Positions 25,601-40,309 of a DNA stretch of 64,000 bases are shown here, in pieces; the first letter of the stretch is position 1; each line of letters opens with the position of its first letter. The DNA is taken from NCBI RefSeq assembly GCF_024521635.1, contig NW_026250410.1, positions 744,001 to 808,000 on the forward strand, written 5' to 3'. The position numbers were made by a program, and so were the translations under genes. This DNA comes from Tricharina praecox (lineage: Eukaryota). A model generated the notes under the pieces. The model saw only the letters and a program-made list of their open reading frames with translations, searched no databases and was not told where the DNA came from.

Positions 25601-28509
25601 CACAGAACCTCGACGCAAAATCGCAGGAGCTTAAGATGCTTCTCGGAACCTGGCGGGATCGCCTACCGAATGTTTGGGACGACATCAACGCTTGGCATGA
25701 CCTTGTCACCTGGCGTCAGCATATCTTCCACTCGATCAATCAGACGTATCTCCCCCTCCTTCCCAGTCAGAATCAGAGTGCCGGTGGGAATAGCAACTCT
25801 TACGGATACCGCGGATACCACGAGACGGCATGGATCATCAATCGCTTCGCGCACGTCGCCCGTAAACATCAGCTCCCCGAAGTATGCATCAGCCAGCTCA
25901 GCAAAATCTACACGCTGCCGAATATCGAGATTCAGGAGGCGTTCCTCAAGCTGCGTGAGCAGGCCAAGTGCCACTACCAGAATCCGAACGAGCTCACCCA
26001 AGGTCTGGAGGTGATCAACAACACCAACCTGGGATACTTCGCGTCGCAGCAGAAGGCCGAGTTCTACACGCTCAAGGGAATGTTCCTCTCCAAGCTGAAG
26101 CAGAAAGACGAAGCGAACGAGGCCTTCAGCTTGGCCCTCTATCACGATCTGAAATTGCCAAAGGCTTGGGCGCAGTGGGGACACTACAACGACCAGTTAT
26201 TCAAGGAGAATCCCACCGACATGGCACCCGCCGGCAATGCGGTCAGTTGTTACCTTGAGGCTGCGGGTCTCTTCAAGAACGGCAAGGCGAGGAAGTTGTT
26301 GGGTCGCGTACTGTGGCTGCTCAGTTTGGACGATGCCAGTGCGTCGATTTCGGCCGCGTTCGATGCCTACAAGGGTGATGTGCCAGTGTGGTACTGGATC
26401 ACGTATATTCCGCAGCTGTTGACGAGCCTCTCGCATAAGGAGGCACGCTTAGCGAGGGCGATATTGATCAAGATCGCGAAGAACCATCCTCAGGTAAGGA
26501 TCCCGCATTTGTTTTTTTGTTTTTTGGGTGAGATGACTGATGGTGGTTTTTAGGCGTTATACTTTTTACTTCGTACCAGCAGGGAGGATTACCAGGTCAT
26601 CAAGAAACAGACTGCCGCCGCCGCGTCGAGAAAGGCTGGCTCGCCGGTTGTTCCCCAGGGCCAGGTTCCGCCACGGCCAAGCAGCGCACAGCCGCAACCA
26701 AATGGTGTTGCAGAAGCAGGAAGGGCGGGCAGTCCGTTGCAAAACACAATGGTGGCGGCTCAACCAGGAACAGCCGGATCTCCAACCCTGCAGAGTGCTC
26801 AGCCGACCTCGTCGTCTCCCGGTCCCCAAGGCCAGAACGGCACGTCAGCTGCTCCACCGGTACACGTCAACCGACTCCCATGGGAACATGCGGAAGAGAT
26901 CATGTCGGTCCTCAAAACGGCCTTTCCCCTCTTGGCTTTATCCATGGAGACTATGGGAGATCAGATCTCCAAGTTCTTCAAGTGCCCGCCGGATGAGGAC
27001 GCGTATCGACTCATCGTTGCGTTGCTGAACGACGCTTTGCAGTGGATTGCTAGGATGAATCCTGCGTTGGAGGATACCAAGTTGCCGCCGTCTACCGAGG
27101 CCAATATCTCCCGTTTCGCCGAGACGATCCTTCCTGCCCACATCAGGGTCGCGTTCGAGGCAGATTTCGTGGCGGAGAAGCCGAATCTTTACAAGTACAT
27201 TGAGCGGCTGCGCCGCTGGAGAGACAGGTTTGAGGAGAAGCTTGATCGCCGACCACCTTACCAGAATTTGGAATCTTACAGTCCTCATTTGAGCGAGTTC
27301 AAATTCCAGAAGTTTGACGATGTCGAGATCCCTGGACAGTATCTTTCCCACAGGGACAACAACAAGGACTTTGTCCGGATTGATCGTTTCCTCCCCAAGG
27401 TGGATGTCATTCGCGGCTACGGTATCTGCCACCGTCGACTAAAGATGAGAGGGCACGATGGCAGCATCCACGCATTTGCTGTCCAGCATCCCGCAGCCAG
27501 GCACTGCCGTCGTGAAGAGAGGATACTCCAGCTGTTTAGGATCTTCAACGGTGTTCTCGGACGCCGCAAGGAGAGCCGTCGCAGGAATCTCAACTTCCAT
27601 CTGCCACTGATGGTTCCTCTGGCGCCACACCTCCGCCTGGTTCAGGATGACGCTTCATACATCTCACTGCAGGGTATCTTCGAGGACCACTGTCGTCAGA
27701 TTGGGATCAACAAAGACGATCCAATCGTGTTTGCCCTCAGGAAGGTTATCGCTTCTCTAGAGCCTGGACGGACCGGTCAGCAGCTCGTGGATCCCAACGT
27801 TAAGCTCGAGATCTTCAATACAATCCAGGAGAAGATGGTGCCGAAGACGATTGTACTGGAGTTCCTGTCGAGTTCATACCCTTCGTTCTCCGAGTTCTTC
27901 CTCTTCCGTCGGCAGTTCAGCTATCAATTCGCTGCCTTGACGTTCCTTACCTACGTCATGACCATGAGCAATCGATACCCGCACAAAATGTTCATCTCCC
28001 GCGCGACCGGAAATATCTGGGGCTCTGAACTTATTCCCGCTTTGGCTTCGACGAATCCGACCTTCCACAACAACGAGGCTGTGCCGTTCCGTCTGACGCC
28101 AAACATTCAGTCTCTCATGGGACCCATTGCCATCGAAGGAATATTTTCGTGTGCAGTCATGACCATTGCGAGATGTCTCAGCGAGCCTGATGTAAGCCAA
28201 CCCCCTTCTCACAATAACCTTTCAATTCTAACACCTCGACAGTTTGAGCTAGAACAACACCTGAGCGTGTTCGTTCGTGACGAGATGATCTGGTGGTTCA
28301 CCCAGCAACACCGCCCCGTCTTGGGAGAGCAGCAGCTCCGCGAAAAGGTCCAGCACAATTCGGACCTGATCATCAAGAAGACCGCGAGCCTGGCCCAGCC
28401 TGGAACTGGCACTCTGCCGGCAAACCAGACGGTCATAGATCTTATCTCCAAGGCGGCGAATCCCGCGAATCTGGCTCAGTTGGATCATCTGTGGATGCCG
28501 TATTTGTAG
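16699..28509 (+). CDS. TRA1: Transcription-associated protein Tra1/TRRAP (PIKK pseudokinase scaffold of SAGA/NuA4); ~8 introns
   Basis: About 3,800 aa after splicing. Motifs [46 protein letters not shown], the FAT region ([13 protein letters not shown], [22 protein letters not shown]), kinase-like ARHCRREER and [10 protein letters not shown], and a FATC end [12 protein letters not shown]. Confidence 0.97.
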
Positions 28510-29108
28510 ACTTGGTTGTCGAAGGTTTTCTTTGGGGGCGGTGGGGGGTTATTTCAGACGGTTAGGGATGGGGATGGTGATTGTGAATGTGGTGTTTTGG
28601 TCCTTTGTATTACTTTACTTTTTTTGCTTTGTAGGGGGTAAATGCGCGTTTCTTCTGTTCTTTCATGATTGCTGGTTTTTACTCTGCTTAGTCGTGCGTT
28701 CTGGCATTTCTTTTTGGGTGTTTGATGATGGGTGTTTTTTTATATGTAGTGTTCGTTTCTGGGTTTAATTCAAAGGTTTTTTATTCTTATTGCTTGATGA
28801 GGGGCGGGCGTTTTGGTGGTCTATGGCTGGGTGGATAAAGCTGATTTTAGCCCGAACTCAAGTTCGGTAAACTTTCGAGTAAACGATGCGACGCCATCTG
28901 GCTCATCCTGTTCTAGATACGGGTACGCACGCGGGACCACGGGTGAAAACATCCAATCATTTAGGCTATTATCTCTCCCTTCCTCCTCCTATACATACTA
29001 TGGGGAAGAATGAATGCGGGGTGAGTGGGAGAGTTGCGGGGCGGTCCCGGAAGCATAAATTCCACACGTATCCCACAATGTGAATCGTCAAATCCTACCG
29101 CAAAGACC

Positions 29109-30157
29109 ATGTCCACATCTCGCGTCACACTCATCCCGCGGGGTGCAATCCTGCAAGCGCTCCGCGTCGGTCCCAGCAGCCGGAACATAGTGCTCAACTT
29201 CAACACGGCGGCGGAGTACGCGCACAACCCGGCGCACTTTGGCGCGACCATTGGCCGCGTCGCGAACCGTATACACAATGCAGTCGTCAATGTCGCCGGC
29301 CAGCAGTGGGCCCTCGATGTTAACGATGGGAAGAATACCCTCCATGGCGGAAAGATGGGATGGGGCACGAGGGCTTGGGAGGAAACGGAGAAGGGAACGT
29401 TTGTGCTCACCAGTGAGCACAAGGATCAGGGGTTTCCCGGAGAGGTCAAGGTTAAGGTCATCTACACCGTGATGGAGGGCGAAGGGGTGGGGGAGCAGGG
29501 GAAGACCGAGGTGGTCATGGATTATGAAGTCGAGCTCGTTGGCGGCGCGGACGAGACGGTGGTCAATATGACGAACCACAGGTGAGTCCCTCGCCCTGTC
29601 CGATGCCTACCAGGTGATCGATATTGATATTGCCGAATAGCTACTTCAACCTCTCCGGCCTCCCCACGATCGAGGGCACAATCGCCACGCTAGCGACAAA
29701 CCAGCACCTTCCTCTCGACGTCGCCGGCATCCCGATCGACACCTCCGCGGCTCCGTACCCAGGGATCAGCGCCAGCGTCCCCTTCACGCTCGGGCTCACC
29801 TCGCCCGACGTCGACGACTGCTTCGTCTTCGCGGACACTCACTCCTCGCCCTCCTCAATCCCACTGGATACACGGTCGCTCCCGCTGCGCACCTGCGCAA
29901 CCTTCTCCCATCCAGACACGAAGATCCACCTGCAGGTGAAAAGCACCGAGCCGGCGTTCCAGTTTTATACGGGGAAGTATGTGGATATTGCGGAGAGGGA
30001 GGATGGGACCCCCGCGAGAGTGCCCAGAGCGGGGTTCTGTGTGGAGCCTAGCAGGTTTGTGGACGCGGCGGCGAGGGACGAGTGGAAGGGTATGGTGACC
30101 CTGAAGAAGGGCGAGGTATTCGGGAGTAGGATCGTTTTTACGGCGTGGCAGGAGTAG
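29109..30157 (+). CDS. Aldose 1-epimerase (galactose mutarotase-like); intron 29582-29640
   Basis: Motifs GATIGRVANRI, NTLHGG, QGFPGE, NMTNHSYFNL (across the splice junction), PAFQFYTG and GFCVEP. Confidence 0.9.
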
Positions 30158-31364
30158 AGTGGGAACGGCTTGAGGGAGGTGGGGTTATAGCTAGCGTAAC
30201 TATGTACGAATGGAATGGATTCGGAAAGCTGAAGAATGCAAATGCTTGTTGCTGTGCATATGTGGTTTGGCACTCCTAAACAGGTTTCCAATTGTATCCA
30301 AAGATACAAGGCTTTAACGGGAAACTATCCAAAGGCAATCAAACGTCAATGGCGATGGGTTAGGGAGGATCCCGCTCTTGAGCCCTTGGAAGTATCACAG
30401 TGTATCACTCGGCGAGTGACATCTGTGCTAAACCGTGGTAGGGGGAAATTTGTTTTTTCGCGTGATGGCCAAGATTAGCTTGTTCCGATGATGGGCACGG
30501 TGCCCAAGAAGTTTAGTGAGTAAATCGAAGAAAGCAAAACCAGGAGGGAGTGCTAATAGAAATAGGGCGAGAAATGGAAGCGAACGAAAAAGCAAAGAGC
30601 TATGCGGCTACCGCTTCCGATCAGACCTCATTCGGTAGCTGTGCCGCAGGGGCGGAAGCCGCTCGATAGGTAGTGGAGGTATGTACTGGTAAGTATCTCA
30701 CGACGTCGAACGTTCCGCCGAGTGCGTCGTTTTCGGCACATGTAGCATCGGATTCCCGAGAATCCCTGACATCATTCTGGAAATGGCTTATCCCCACTCC
30801 GCCGATTCATCGGAGGTAACCTACGATGACGATAAGCGCGCGGTCAATAAGTTATGCAGTTATGCAAGATGTCTGTTTAAAGTTGTGGCGCCGTTGCGCT
30901 GTCTGCGCACTGCCGCAAGGGCACATACACGCCATGCTTAGATCACCTGTTCCTCCTACATACATATGACCGGTAACTAATGCGGGAATGCCGTGTTAGG
31001 GTCCCAAAAAATGCACACGATGGTCTTTGAAGCATCGTGTCTTTCTTATGGCTGCTTCCTGCAAAATAGTACACGGAGATCTCGGTGGTGCTAAGGAAGG
31101 AAAGTCTGCGCATGGGAAAAGGACAATGAGGCCCCGACTCACCAGGCACCGTACGATATTCAGACGCCCAGATTGCCGTTAAACGAAAAGCAAACAAAGG
31201 CGTTGAATAGCGCTGTTACCAAAACATATATGAAAGACGGGAATCCCCCTTCCCGTGTCCTTAGCACATCTCATACGACGGATAAGCGACGAATAATGGA
31301 AAGAAGCCCGCGAGTGGTCGACAGCCCGAATCACTCGCAAACACTTCAAACCAAGCCGCAGTAC

Positions 31365-31650
31365 AAACCGGTAGATCCAGTCCCGGCGAAGGCCCCGAAG
31401 CGCCGAGCCGCACGGTACTATCAGCTCAAATCGTGACATGCCCTCGCGGACACTCGCCTGAAGTGGGTCAAGCTGCTAGAGGACGATCAGTGCTGGTGGT
31501 CCAACTGGGCCAAGCAGACTCGAGAGCACCTATTCAGGAACCACAAACAATGGCGGGCTCAGCATCTGGTAGGAAAGATCGGATGTGAGTGGTCCCCATA
31601 GTCTAGAAAGGCCGTATACGACAATAATTGACTTCTCCCTCTCCCTCTGA
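31365..31650 (+). mobile_element. Degenerate 3' fragment of a non-LTR retrotransposon (Tad1/I-like LINE ORF2, post-RT zinc-binding region)
   Basis: Reading through the stops gives DPVPAKAPKRRAARYYQLKS*HAL...EDDQCWWS...QTREHLFRNHKQWR...DTIIDF. This matches from memory the fungal LINE motif R(F/Y)YQLK(S/T)GHA...DD.CWWC...QTREHLF..C..W, with Gly->stop and Cys losses. Confidence 0.7.
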
Positions 31651-32668
31651 AGGTGGTATAGAGAAGTTCTCCAGCCTCAAGTTGATAGTTGAGCTGCAGA
31701 GACACCATGAGTAGAAAATTTCAGTAACGTACGTATGTTTTGACGCTCGGCGGGGGATGGGGAGTGGTAGGCGGAGGTTGGGAATTGCGTGGCATACCTC
31801 TGGGTTCGATATCTTGAAGCGTAGAGGAAGTAGGTGTGGGTGATGTGTAGGAATTGGAACTGAGAGAGGATTTTAGAGGTAGGACTTGGAACTGAGGGGA
31901 GAGTTACAAAACAGGAGTAGGGATTTGTTTGGCTGTCAATAGGAAGTCCAAGGAGTCAACCTTTCCACATTCTGTTTGGGCATTGTGTCTCTACACACAC
32001 CTCTCCCTGAAAAGTGCTTGGAAGTCCCATTCAGAACCAAGCTCTAGGAGTTATTCTGAACGTAAGGTACTCAGGTCCTATTGCCGTCCACTTAGCCCCA
32101 ATGGCTGTATGAGCCACAGTTCCCCCCTCCCCCACCCCATCACCACACTTAAAAGTGTGCTTACATAGCTGAGTGGTGTGATCGTTTGTGACGGAGCACT
32201 GGGCTTTATACAAGGTAGGATTCCACATATTTTAAACGCCCACAGAAGGGAATCGAAAAAAAGGCTCAGAGGAATGGGATAAGGGGAGATGCGCTGTGAG
32301 GCTTGGAAGAAGGCTGAATGCTAAATATTCGAAGATTCAATACCTACATCCGAGTGACTTTGCATGTCAGCTGTCATTGGGTGGACTGGAGCATGGAGAT
32401 GGAGTGACTCGGCCAATTGACTATTCATGTCGAGGTAAGCGAATTTTACTGAAAGTAATTCTTTGCATACCTATTCGCTTTGGCACTGCTTCTGGAATAC
32501 TTCATTCGTATAGAGGGGCAGTGGTGCATTTAAGATCAATTTTTACATTGTAGTTACAGGCTCCAAATCAATGTGGCTGACCAGCGACTTCACATGGACC
32601 AGGTACTCCTCTCCATTAACATGATATATCATCCATCCTCGCTCACCCTCCAGTTCCCCCAGACACAT

Positions 32669-33950
32669 CTAGTTCTGCCCCTCCCACTGGACGCCAACCC
32701 ACTCTTCCACCCAACCCACGCCGTTGACATCCCTCACCTTCGGAGCACAAGTACAAGTAGCGACTATGACCGTTCCCCACTCCATTCCATCGAGTCCCAT
32801 CGAGTCCCCCTCAAGGACACTGATGGCATGTGGCATGAGCTGAAACTCAAATACGCGCTCCCTCTTTCCGCACTCAGTGCACGACGGTATCCTTCCCGTC
32901 GTGAACTCCTTCTTCGAGTCGAGTAGGGTCTTTGCCACCTCATCGTTATGACTGTAAAGCAGTGGGCAGCCACCGCGCTCATACCGTAGTACTTGCTCGG
33001 GATTTTGTCCCGCGCGGTCCGCGAACTTCTGGAAAACTGTGTCCAAGTGACCGTCGTCCGCATCGTTGTTAGAGACAGGCAGGGAGTCCGAGGTCTTGTC
33101 GTCGCCGAGGACTTCTTCGATCTTTTGAGGGATCGGAGCGTCGGGGACGAGGGTCTCGTAGTCAGCATCGAAGTAGAAGAGTGGGTAGGTGAAGGGGAGC
33201 GGTGATGGCCAAGGCTCGGAGGGGCCGTAGAGGAGTGGCTCGGGCTCAGGTTTGGTGGTGCTGGAGATGCGAAGCGTGTCGGCGAACGATTTCGTAAGCT
33301 TTTCCGCCGTTGGCGTTGCAGTAGTAGGAGCTGCGGGTTTCGTCGAGAAAGGGTTCGCTGTCGCCGCCGCCGTCGCTGTGGTGGAAAACGGATTTCCGCC
33401 AGCAGAGAACGGGTTTCCTTCCGCGCCCATACCCAGCCCAGCCCCCGACCCAAATAGCAAATTCCCAGCCTTCGGTTTCGTCGCATCTTCCTCTCTTTTC
33501 CTCTTCTCTTCAGCTCTCCTCGCCTCCTCCTCTTCCTTCGCCTTCGCAATCCGCAGCTCGTAATCCTTCGACACCTTCACTCCCCGTAGCGCTTTCATGC
33601 TCCCCTTCTTCCGCCGGCACGTCTTCTCCTTGCAGCCAAAGACGTAAAACATTCTCTCGTGCGGGCTCTCCGGGATTGCGCCATTGAGCTGGAGCAGCAG
33701 TGGCATGAGTTTGTTACAACATGCGCATTTAGCGAGGCGTGCGTCGGCAGGCGAGGAAGGATGTGGCCATATCTGACATCACATACTCAGCAAAAAAGCT
33801 CAACCAGTAGGAGGGACGGAGTGGAAGTACAGGTTCTCCACCGAGATGGCTGATGAGGTCGCTACTCGGCTCAGTCTCGGCGTAGCCCAGGAGGACCTTT
33901 GTTTCGGTGTAGTCCTGGACGGACTCGTCGTCACTGCCGTAGTCGTCCAT
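32669..33950 (-). CDS. TSR4: Tsr4 / PDCD2-C-domain protein (uS5 chaperone, 20S rRNA accumulation); intron 33773-33830
   Basis: Motifs VLLGYA, SHLGGEPIW, CACCNKLMPLLLQLNG, ERMFYVFGC, FQKFADR..QNPEQVLRY, RVFEFQLMP and GMEWGT. Confidence 0.88.
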
Positions 33951-34199
33951 TATTGCCTGGCTTGTGTGTATGGTGGTTATGAGGCCGTGGTTTTTTGAGT
34001 TTTTTTGGTGGGTTTCACGGTGGGGTTGTGCAGCAGCTTCAAACTTTTTGGATCTCTCGTATTGCCCCACCCCGCACTAACCCCCAACCGGAGAAGCGCC
34101 GTCGCCGTCATCCATGTGAGGTGCGATAGAGAAGGTACCCGTACCTTGCTCTCCATCCGCCAGCTCCCCCAGCTCCACAACACCAACGACTGCACAACC

Positions 34200-34696
34200 A
34201 TGGCGGCCGCCCCCTCATCCTACAAAGACCGCCAATTCCTCGCCGTGATCGGGGACGAGGCATGCCTATCCCGCTTCTTGGAGGAGGAGGAGACAGCCGC
34301 AGCTGACATGGAGCGCACGATAGGACTCCGTGACAGGATTGCTCCTCGCCGGCATCGGCCACGTTACTCCCGCGCCCAACAGCAGCACGAATTTTCTCGT
34401 CGTTGATGCAAAGACGGAGGTTTCCGAGATCGAGAAGGCGTTCGAGGAGTTCACTACTAGAAAGGACGTGGGGATCCTGCTGATCAACCAACACGTGAGT
34501 TCTGTGTGATGGAGGGAGCGGGGGAGTGGTGGGAGCTGACGCGCGGTGGAAACAGATCGCCGAGAAGATCCGTTATCGTATCGATTCTTTTACTGCGGCT
34601 TTCCCGGCGGTCCTTGAGATACCGAGTAAGGATCACCCGTACGATCCGGAGAAGGACAGTGTGTTGAGGAGGGTCAAGAGGTTGTTTGGGGAGTAG
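34200..34696 (+). CDS. VMA7: V-type ATPase subunit F; introns 34260-34323 (GC-AG) and 34495-34556
   Basis: Spliced product reads [20 protein letters not shown]...[19 protein letters not shown]...[25 protein letters not shown]. Confidence 0.95.
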
Positions 34697-34852
34697 ACTA
34701 CATATTGCGCGGCATCGGGCGAGCGGTGGAACGGGGTGGAACGGTCAGGTCATGGGATATCATCATCAATCAAGCGCATTATCATAGACGGGAAAGAGTA
34801 TGTGTTCGCCGTAGTCTCTAAACTCCGAAGGCCAGCCGGTCATGTATATCAC

Positions 34853-35891
34853 CTAATACATCCCGCCCATCTCCTCCTCGGCCTTCAGTTTCTCCTCCAT
34901 AGCTTCCCTCTCTGCCTCCAACTGCTTCCTCTCAAAGTCATCGTGCTCATCTCTATGATCGACCCACCTCTCTTGTATATCTCGCGCCTCCATCCCCTCA
35001 GTCCACCCCCCGCGCATCGCAAGCGCCCACACACTGTCGCCTGCGCCCTCTGCCTCCCCAAACGCGTAGCCCCCCGCTCTATCCACCGCCTGTAGCAGAT
35101 GCGTCATGCTCTTCTTATCTTCTACCGCCAGAGTCTCAAAGTTCACGAGCGAGAAGCTCTCCACGAGGTCGACAATCGCCTCGTTCAGCTTCGCAAACTT
35201 CTTCGTGCGTTGGTCCTGCTCCAGCAGTGGCAGCAGATAGCTGAGATCCTGCACCTCGGTGTAGAAGTCCAGATTGAACGCTAGCTCGCCATAGTCACGT
35301 AGTAGGTCTATTTTGCTGAGCACGTTAATGTGCGGAAGGTCTAGTTGCAGCATGCTCCGCAGCGATAGCAGGAGCACGGAGATGTATTTTGCCGGGTCCG
35401 TGATGTAGTGCGCGTCAACGAGGTGGACAACTACCAACTGCACCTATCAGCGCCCCCTCCCTCCACGCCACTCCCAAGTCAAGGGGGGAGAAACGACAGA
35501 CCCGATACCCAATCTTCTGCAGCCTGGCAAAGATCTTCCTCAAACTCTGGTGGTGAGTAAACAGCTCGACCTGTCCCGGACAGTCGAAGAGAACATAATC
35601 GTTCCCGAGCCGGCTGACGCCCTCTTCGAGCCACTCAATATTCTCGTAGAGTTCCTCGAGCGCGTACATGACGCCGCCGTTGGGTCCGAGCCCCTCCTCG
35701 TCCATCACCTCGTCGAGCGTGATGATCGACCGGATGTCCAGCGCGCACGGGTAGCCCGTCGCGTCGTTCGCCGGATCGAGGTTCACAATCGAACATTTGC
35801 GCCCGATGGCTCCCATGAATTGGTGCATGCCGTTGCAGTAGGTAGATTTCCCTGACCCCGGGGGTCCGATTACGAGTTGGGCGAAGGGCAT
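34853..35891 (-). CDS. GPN2: GPN-loop GTPase 2; intron 35438-35501
   Basis: Starts MPFAQLVIGPPGSGKSTYC. Contains VNLDPAND, LGPNGG, FDCPGQVELFTHH, LPHINVLSKIDL and FNLDFYTEVQDL. Confidence 0.93.
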
Positions 35892-37044
35892 GGTGGTGGT
35901 GAGGGTGGTGGCGAAGGAAGATGGTGAGGGTGGTGGGGCGTCGTGGTGGGGGTCAGTCGGTGCAACACTTCTACCTAATCCAATGTGAAACTGAAGTGAT
36001 TCATGTATGATCACTCGCGTACCGATTGCCGAAATGTTTGTGACTGGCTGAGCACACATCACCTTCTTGTCTGTCTCCCCTCATCTGTGATTTCTTTGGT
36101 GCGCTATGAGTGAGAGAGGGCTAAACAGAGAGGGAAAAAAGGAACCACATCGAGCCCACTGTCAGCGGCAGGGGGACAGTGGGGTGGAACCGGACGTTTA
36201 ATTCAGCCGTGATCTATTAAGGTCGAATGCTATGATGATTAAACAGAAAACAATAAGCACACAACACCATTGAATTCTTACTGATGATGCCCACTCCATG
36301 CCTTATCCACACCCTGCCAATTCCATAGGTATTATCATTGTATGTACCTAGCAACTATGAACGATCACCTCGCCACCTGCGACTGCTGCGCAAGCCTCGT
36401 TTCTCCATCTGAGTACCACCACATCAAGCTCTGTCCCTCATCCCCTAGCACACGATCATATCCGCCTGCCGGCACAACCCAAGAAATTGACAACATAACA
36501 AACAGGATATGAACCGCAGCAAAAAAGAATAGAAGTTTAATATCTAGAAGAGTAAAAACTGATTGTGGTAATGGTTTTCGGAAGCCCCGTGCGCAAAAAA
36601 AAAAAAAGAAAAGGTTTAAAAAGAAATGACATAACCAGAAGGGAGAAATACAATAGTAAATAATCCCCCGCTCCTCGTTCTCCCGCAGGAACACGTGAGT
36701 GAAAGGAATTACCTCACAACTGTCCGAAGGAAGGAAACGGGTAACCAGAAATACAGAAGTAAACAGAAAAATATGAACAAAGAACGATATCCCACCCTAC
36801 TGTGAATTTGAAGAGAAGAATGAATCCAAACACGCGGAAGACGCCTTGCCTTGCCTTAAGCCCCTGGAGATTACCCTAATCGACCACGCGCCGTCATTGC
36901 ACCGCATCTCTTCATGTCCACAGTAAAGACGTAACCCGCAAGCATCCTCATCCCGCCTCCGATGTATATTTTATCCAGACTTCTTCGCCCCCTCTCCCTC
37001 TCTCTCGTACTACTGCTGTTGCTAGAAAGCATGATGTGTCTCAA

Positions 37045-38318
<1,274 letters not shown>

Positions 38319-40309
38319 GACGCGGCGCAAGGCAAACGAGAGAAGATGATTATAAGGTTGAGAAGGATTCCCGGGAGCGAGGAGAGCTGTCCGAAGACGG
38401 GAGTGGGTCGTAAGGAAAGAGTGGAAGCACGACCGAGAGACGCGTTCTTGATCGTGGAGGGAGGATGGGGGGGATGAGGCCAACGAGGACGCGGCGGGAG
38501 CAACGAAGATTAAAGGATTGTAAAGAGGAAGTGGTGATTAGGAGGGAAGGGGGAAGAAGGAGGAAGAAGTAGAAGTAGCAAGTTGGTAGGAAGCGACAGC
38601 GATCGTTGGAAGGCCTGGGGAGAAAGGACGGAAAGGGGGTTAAGGAGTGGCAGTACCGTACTGTAGTCTACTTCTACTCCATGTAGATGGTAGCAGCAGC
38701 GTATCTAGCAGTACCGTAGTAGTCGTAGACAAATTTCGAGATGCCGGGGGTAGCCAATGGGCTGGGCTTGCTGCAGAAGTTGGGGGGGCGCAGGGGCAAC
38801 CTGTGATCGGGGGAAAGCAAGCACGTGAAAGTGAAGAAGAAGAAAACGGGAGAAGCAGTTTAAGCCCGGTTTTTTTCTTTTTTTTTGCGGCATGCGGCGG
38901 GAAGGCATTTCCTTCTTCCAATCGCAACATCTGTTCTCCGCAGACTATGGGGATGGAGCTTGAGTTTCACCACGCCACACGGGAGGACATGAGGCAGAGT
39001 AAGAGGCCAGTAGACGCGAGTACTGGAGGTACGTACGCGTGCGTATTATCAGCACCGCCGCAGCCTCGTACTCGTGTACGGCAATCAAATACCTAAAGTA
39101 AGCAATCTTGGAATCGGACTGGTACCGAAAGGCCGGCGCCATCGTGTACGATACATATCCAAGTATGTCGAGTACCGGTATCACGGTCTCCCGCAACAAC
39201 CACGCTCATAACCAGACTCCTGCTTACGTCTACGTCAACTCTGGACGCGAGTCCAGCCATAGCCACTTTTCCATAGCAAAATTTTCGCTGATGGTTGTAT
39301 ACCGTAGGTAGTAGAGTACTTGCGCCCGTTTGCTAAGCGCGTCTGACGCCGGCGATGGTCGAGTTGAGTTCCCGGACATCTCTTGTCCGAGCGGCGGGGG
39401 AGGTGCCGGTGTGTGCTAACAATCCGGCGGAAGCGTCCCGTTCTGTGGCTTGTGACGGGTAATTTTTGGCTGCTGATTTACTGTGGATCTTCGTCGAGGG
39501 TTTGTACTGGCGGCCGGAGATATCTTTTTACCTTGATTCCTACCGCAGCAGGGGCGCACTTTCCATTCACGACATCGACATTGACGACTGCCTCATTGAT
39601 GATATCTCCGGTGCCGACCCCATACCAATCCATGGCAATCGCCATCGCCATCGCATCAGCGCGATTCGGCGAAAATACTCCCGGAGGTCCATCCCATGAG
39701 CATGTGTTAACGGCGGCTGGTTACTTGTGGGACTTCTTTGATGGGAAGGCTGGGCACGAAAGCAGGAGAGTTGCATAACGGTACCTGCTATATGTAGGCG
39801 GACGAACGTGGTACACATGTACCGGTACCCTTCAGGCCAACCGCACAAGATCTGTAGTGTGCCACGATCCCCGACGCCCAAATAGGCCTGGTCTGCTGCC
39901 TGAAATGGCGTAGCAACGCTCCCGCCAGAAACACTTGGCTCTCTTGCAGAGCCCTCTAGACTCTACATAGAGTAGGGGCTCCAATCGGTCCTCATTCCGC
40001 GCCGAGAGCCGCAGTCCTTATCCCGACCTGTCTCCTCCGAGTGAGATGCTATGCAAGGGAGGGAGGACACCGCTCGGGTTGCCGGGTAATCAAGCCCCCA
40101 ACATTGAGTGATGAACGAACCGGGCAAAAACAATATCGTAGTAGTCAGCCCATCCGCCCAAGGAGCGGCTACTCCAGTAAAATCCCCATCGACCACCGCA
40201 ACCATTCACCCGAATCAGTTTCGTCACTACTCCACCAACACCCATCACCTACCGGTACCTACCACCCCTCACCCAATCTCCACTCTCCGCTCAACAACCA
40301 GAAACCCCA

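Noticed and set aside
36232..36284. ATGATGA...CTGA as a C/D snoRNA (also ~50075-50195)
   Set aside because: Too short or lacking a terminal stem, and no recognisable rRNA-antisense guide next to the D box.
39340..39780. Small ORFs in the elongase-COX6 spacer (and 15542..15907) as genes
   Set aside because: No recognisable motifs and no coherent exon structure could be assembled.
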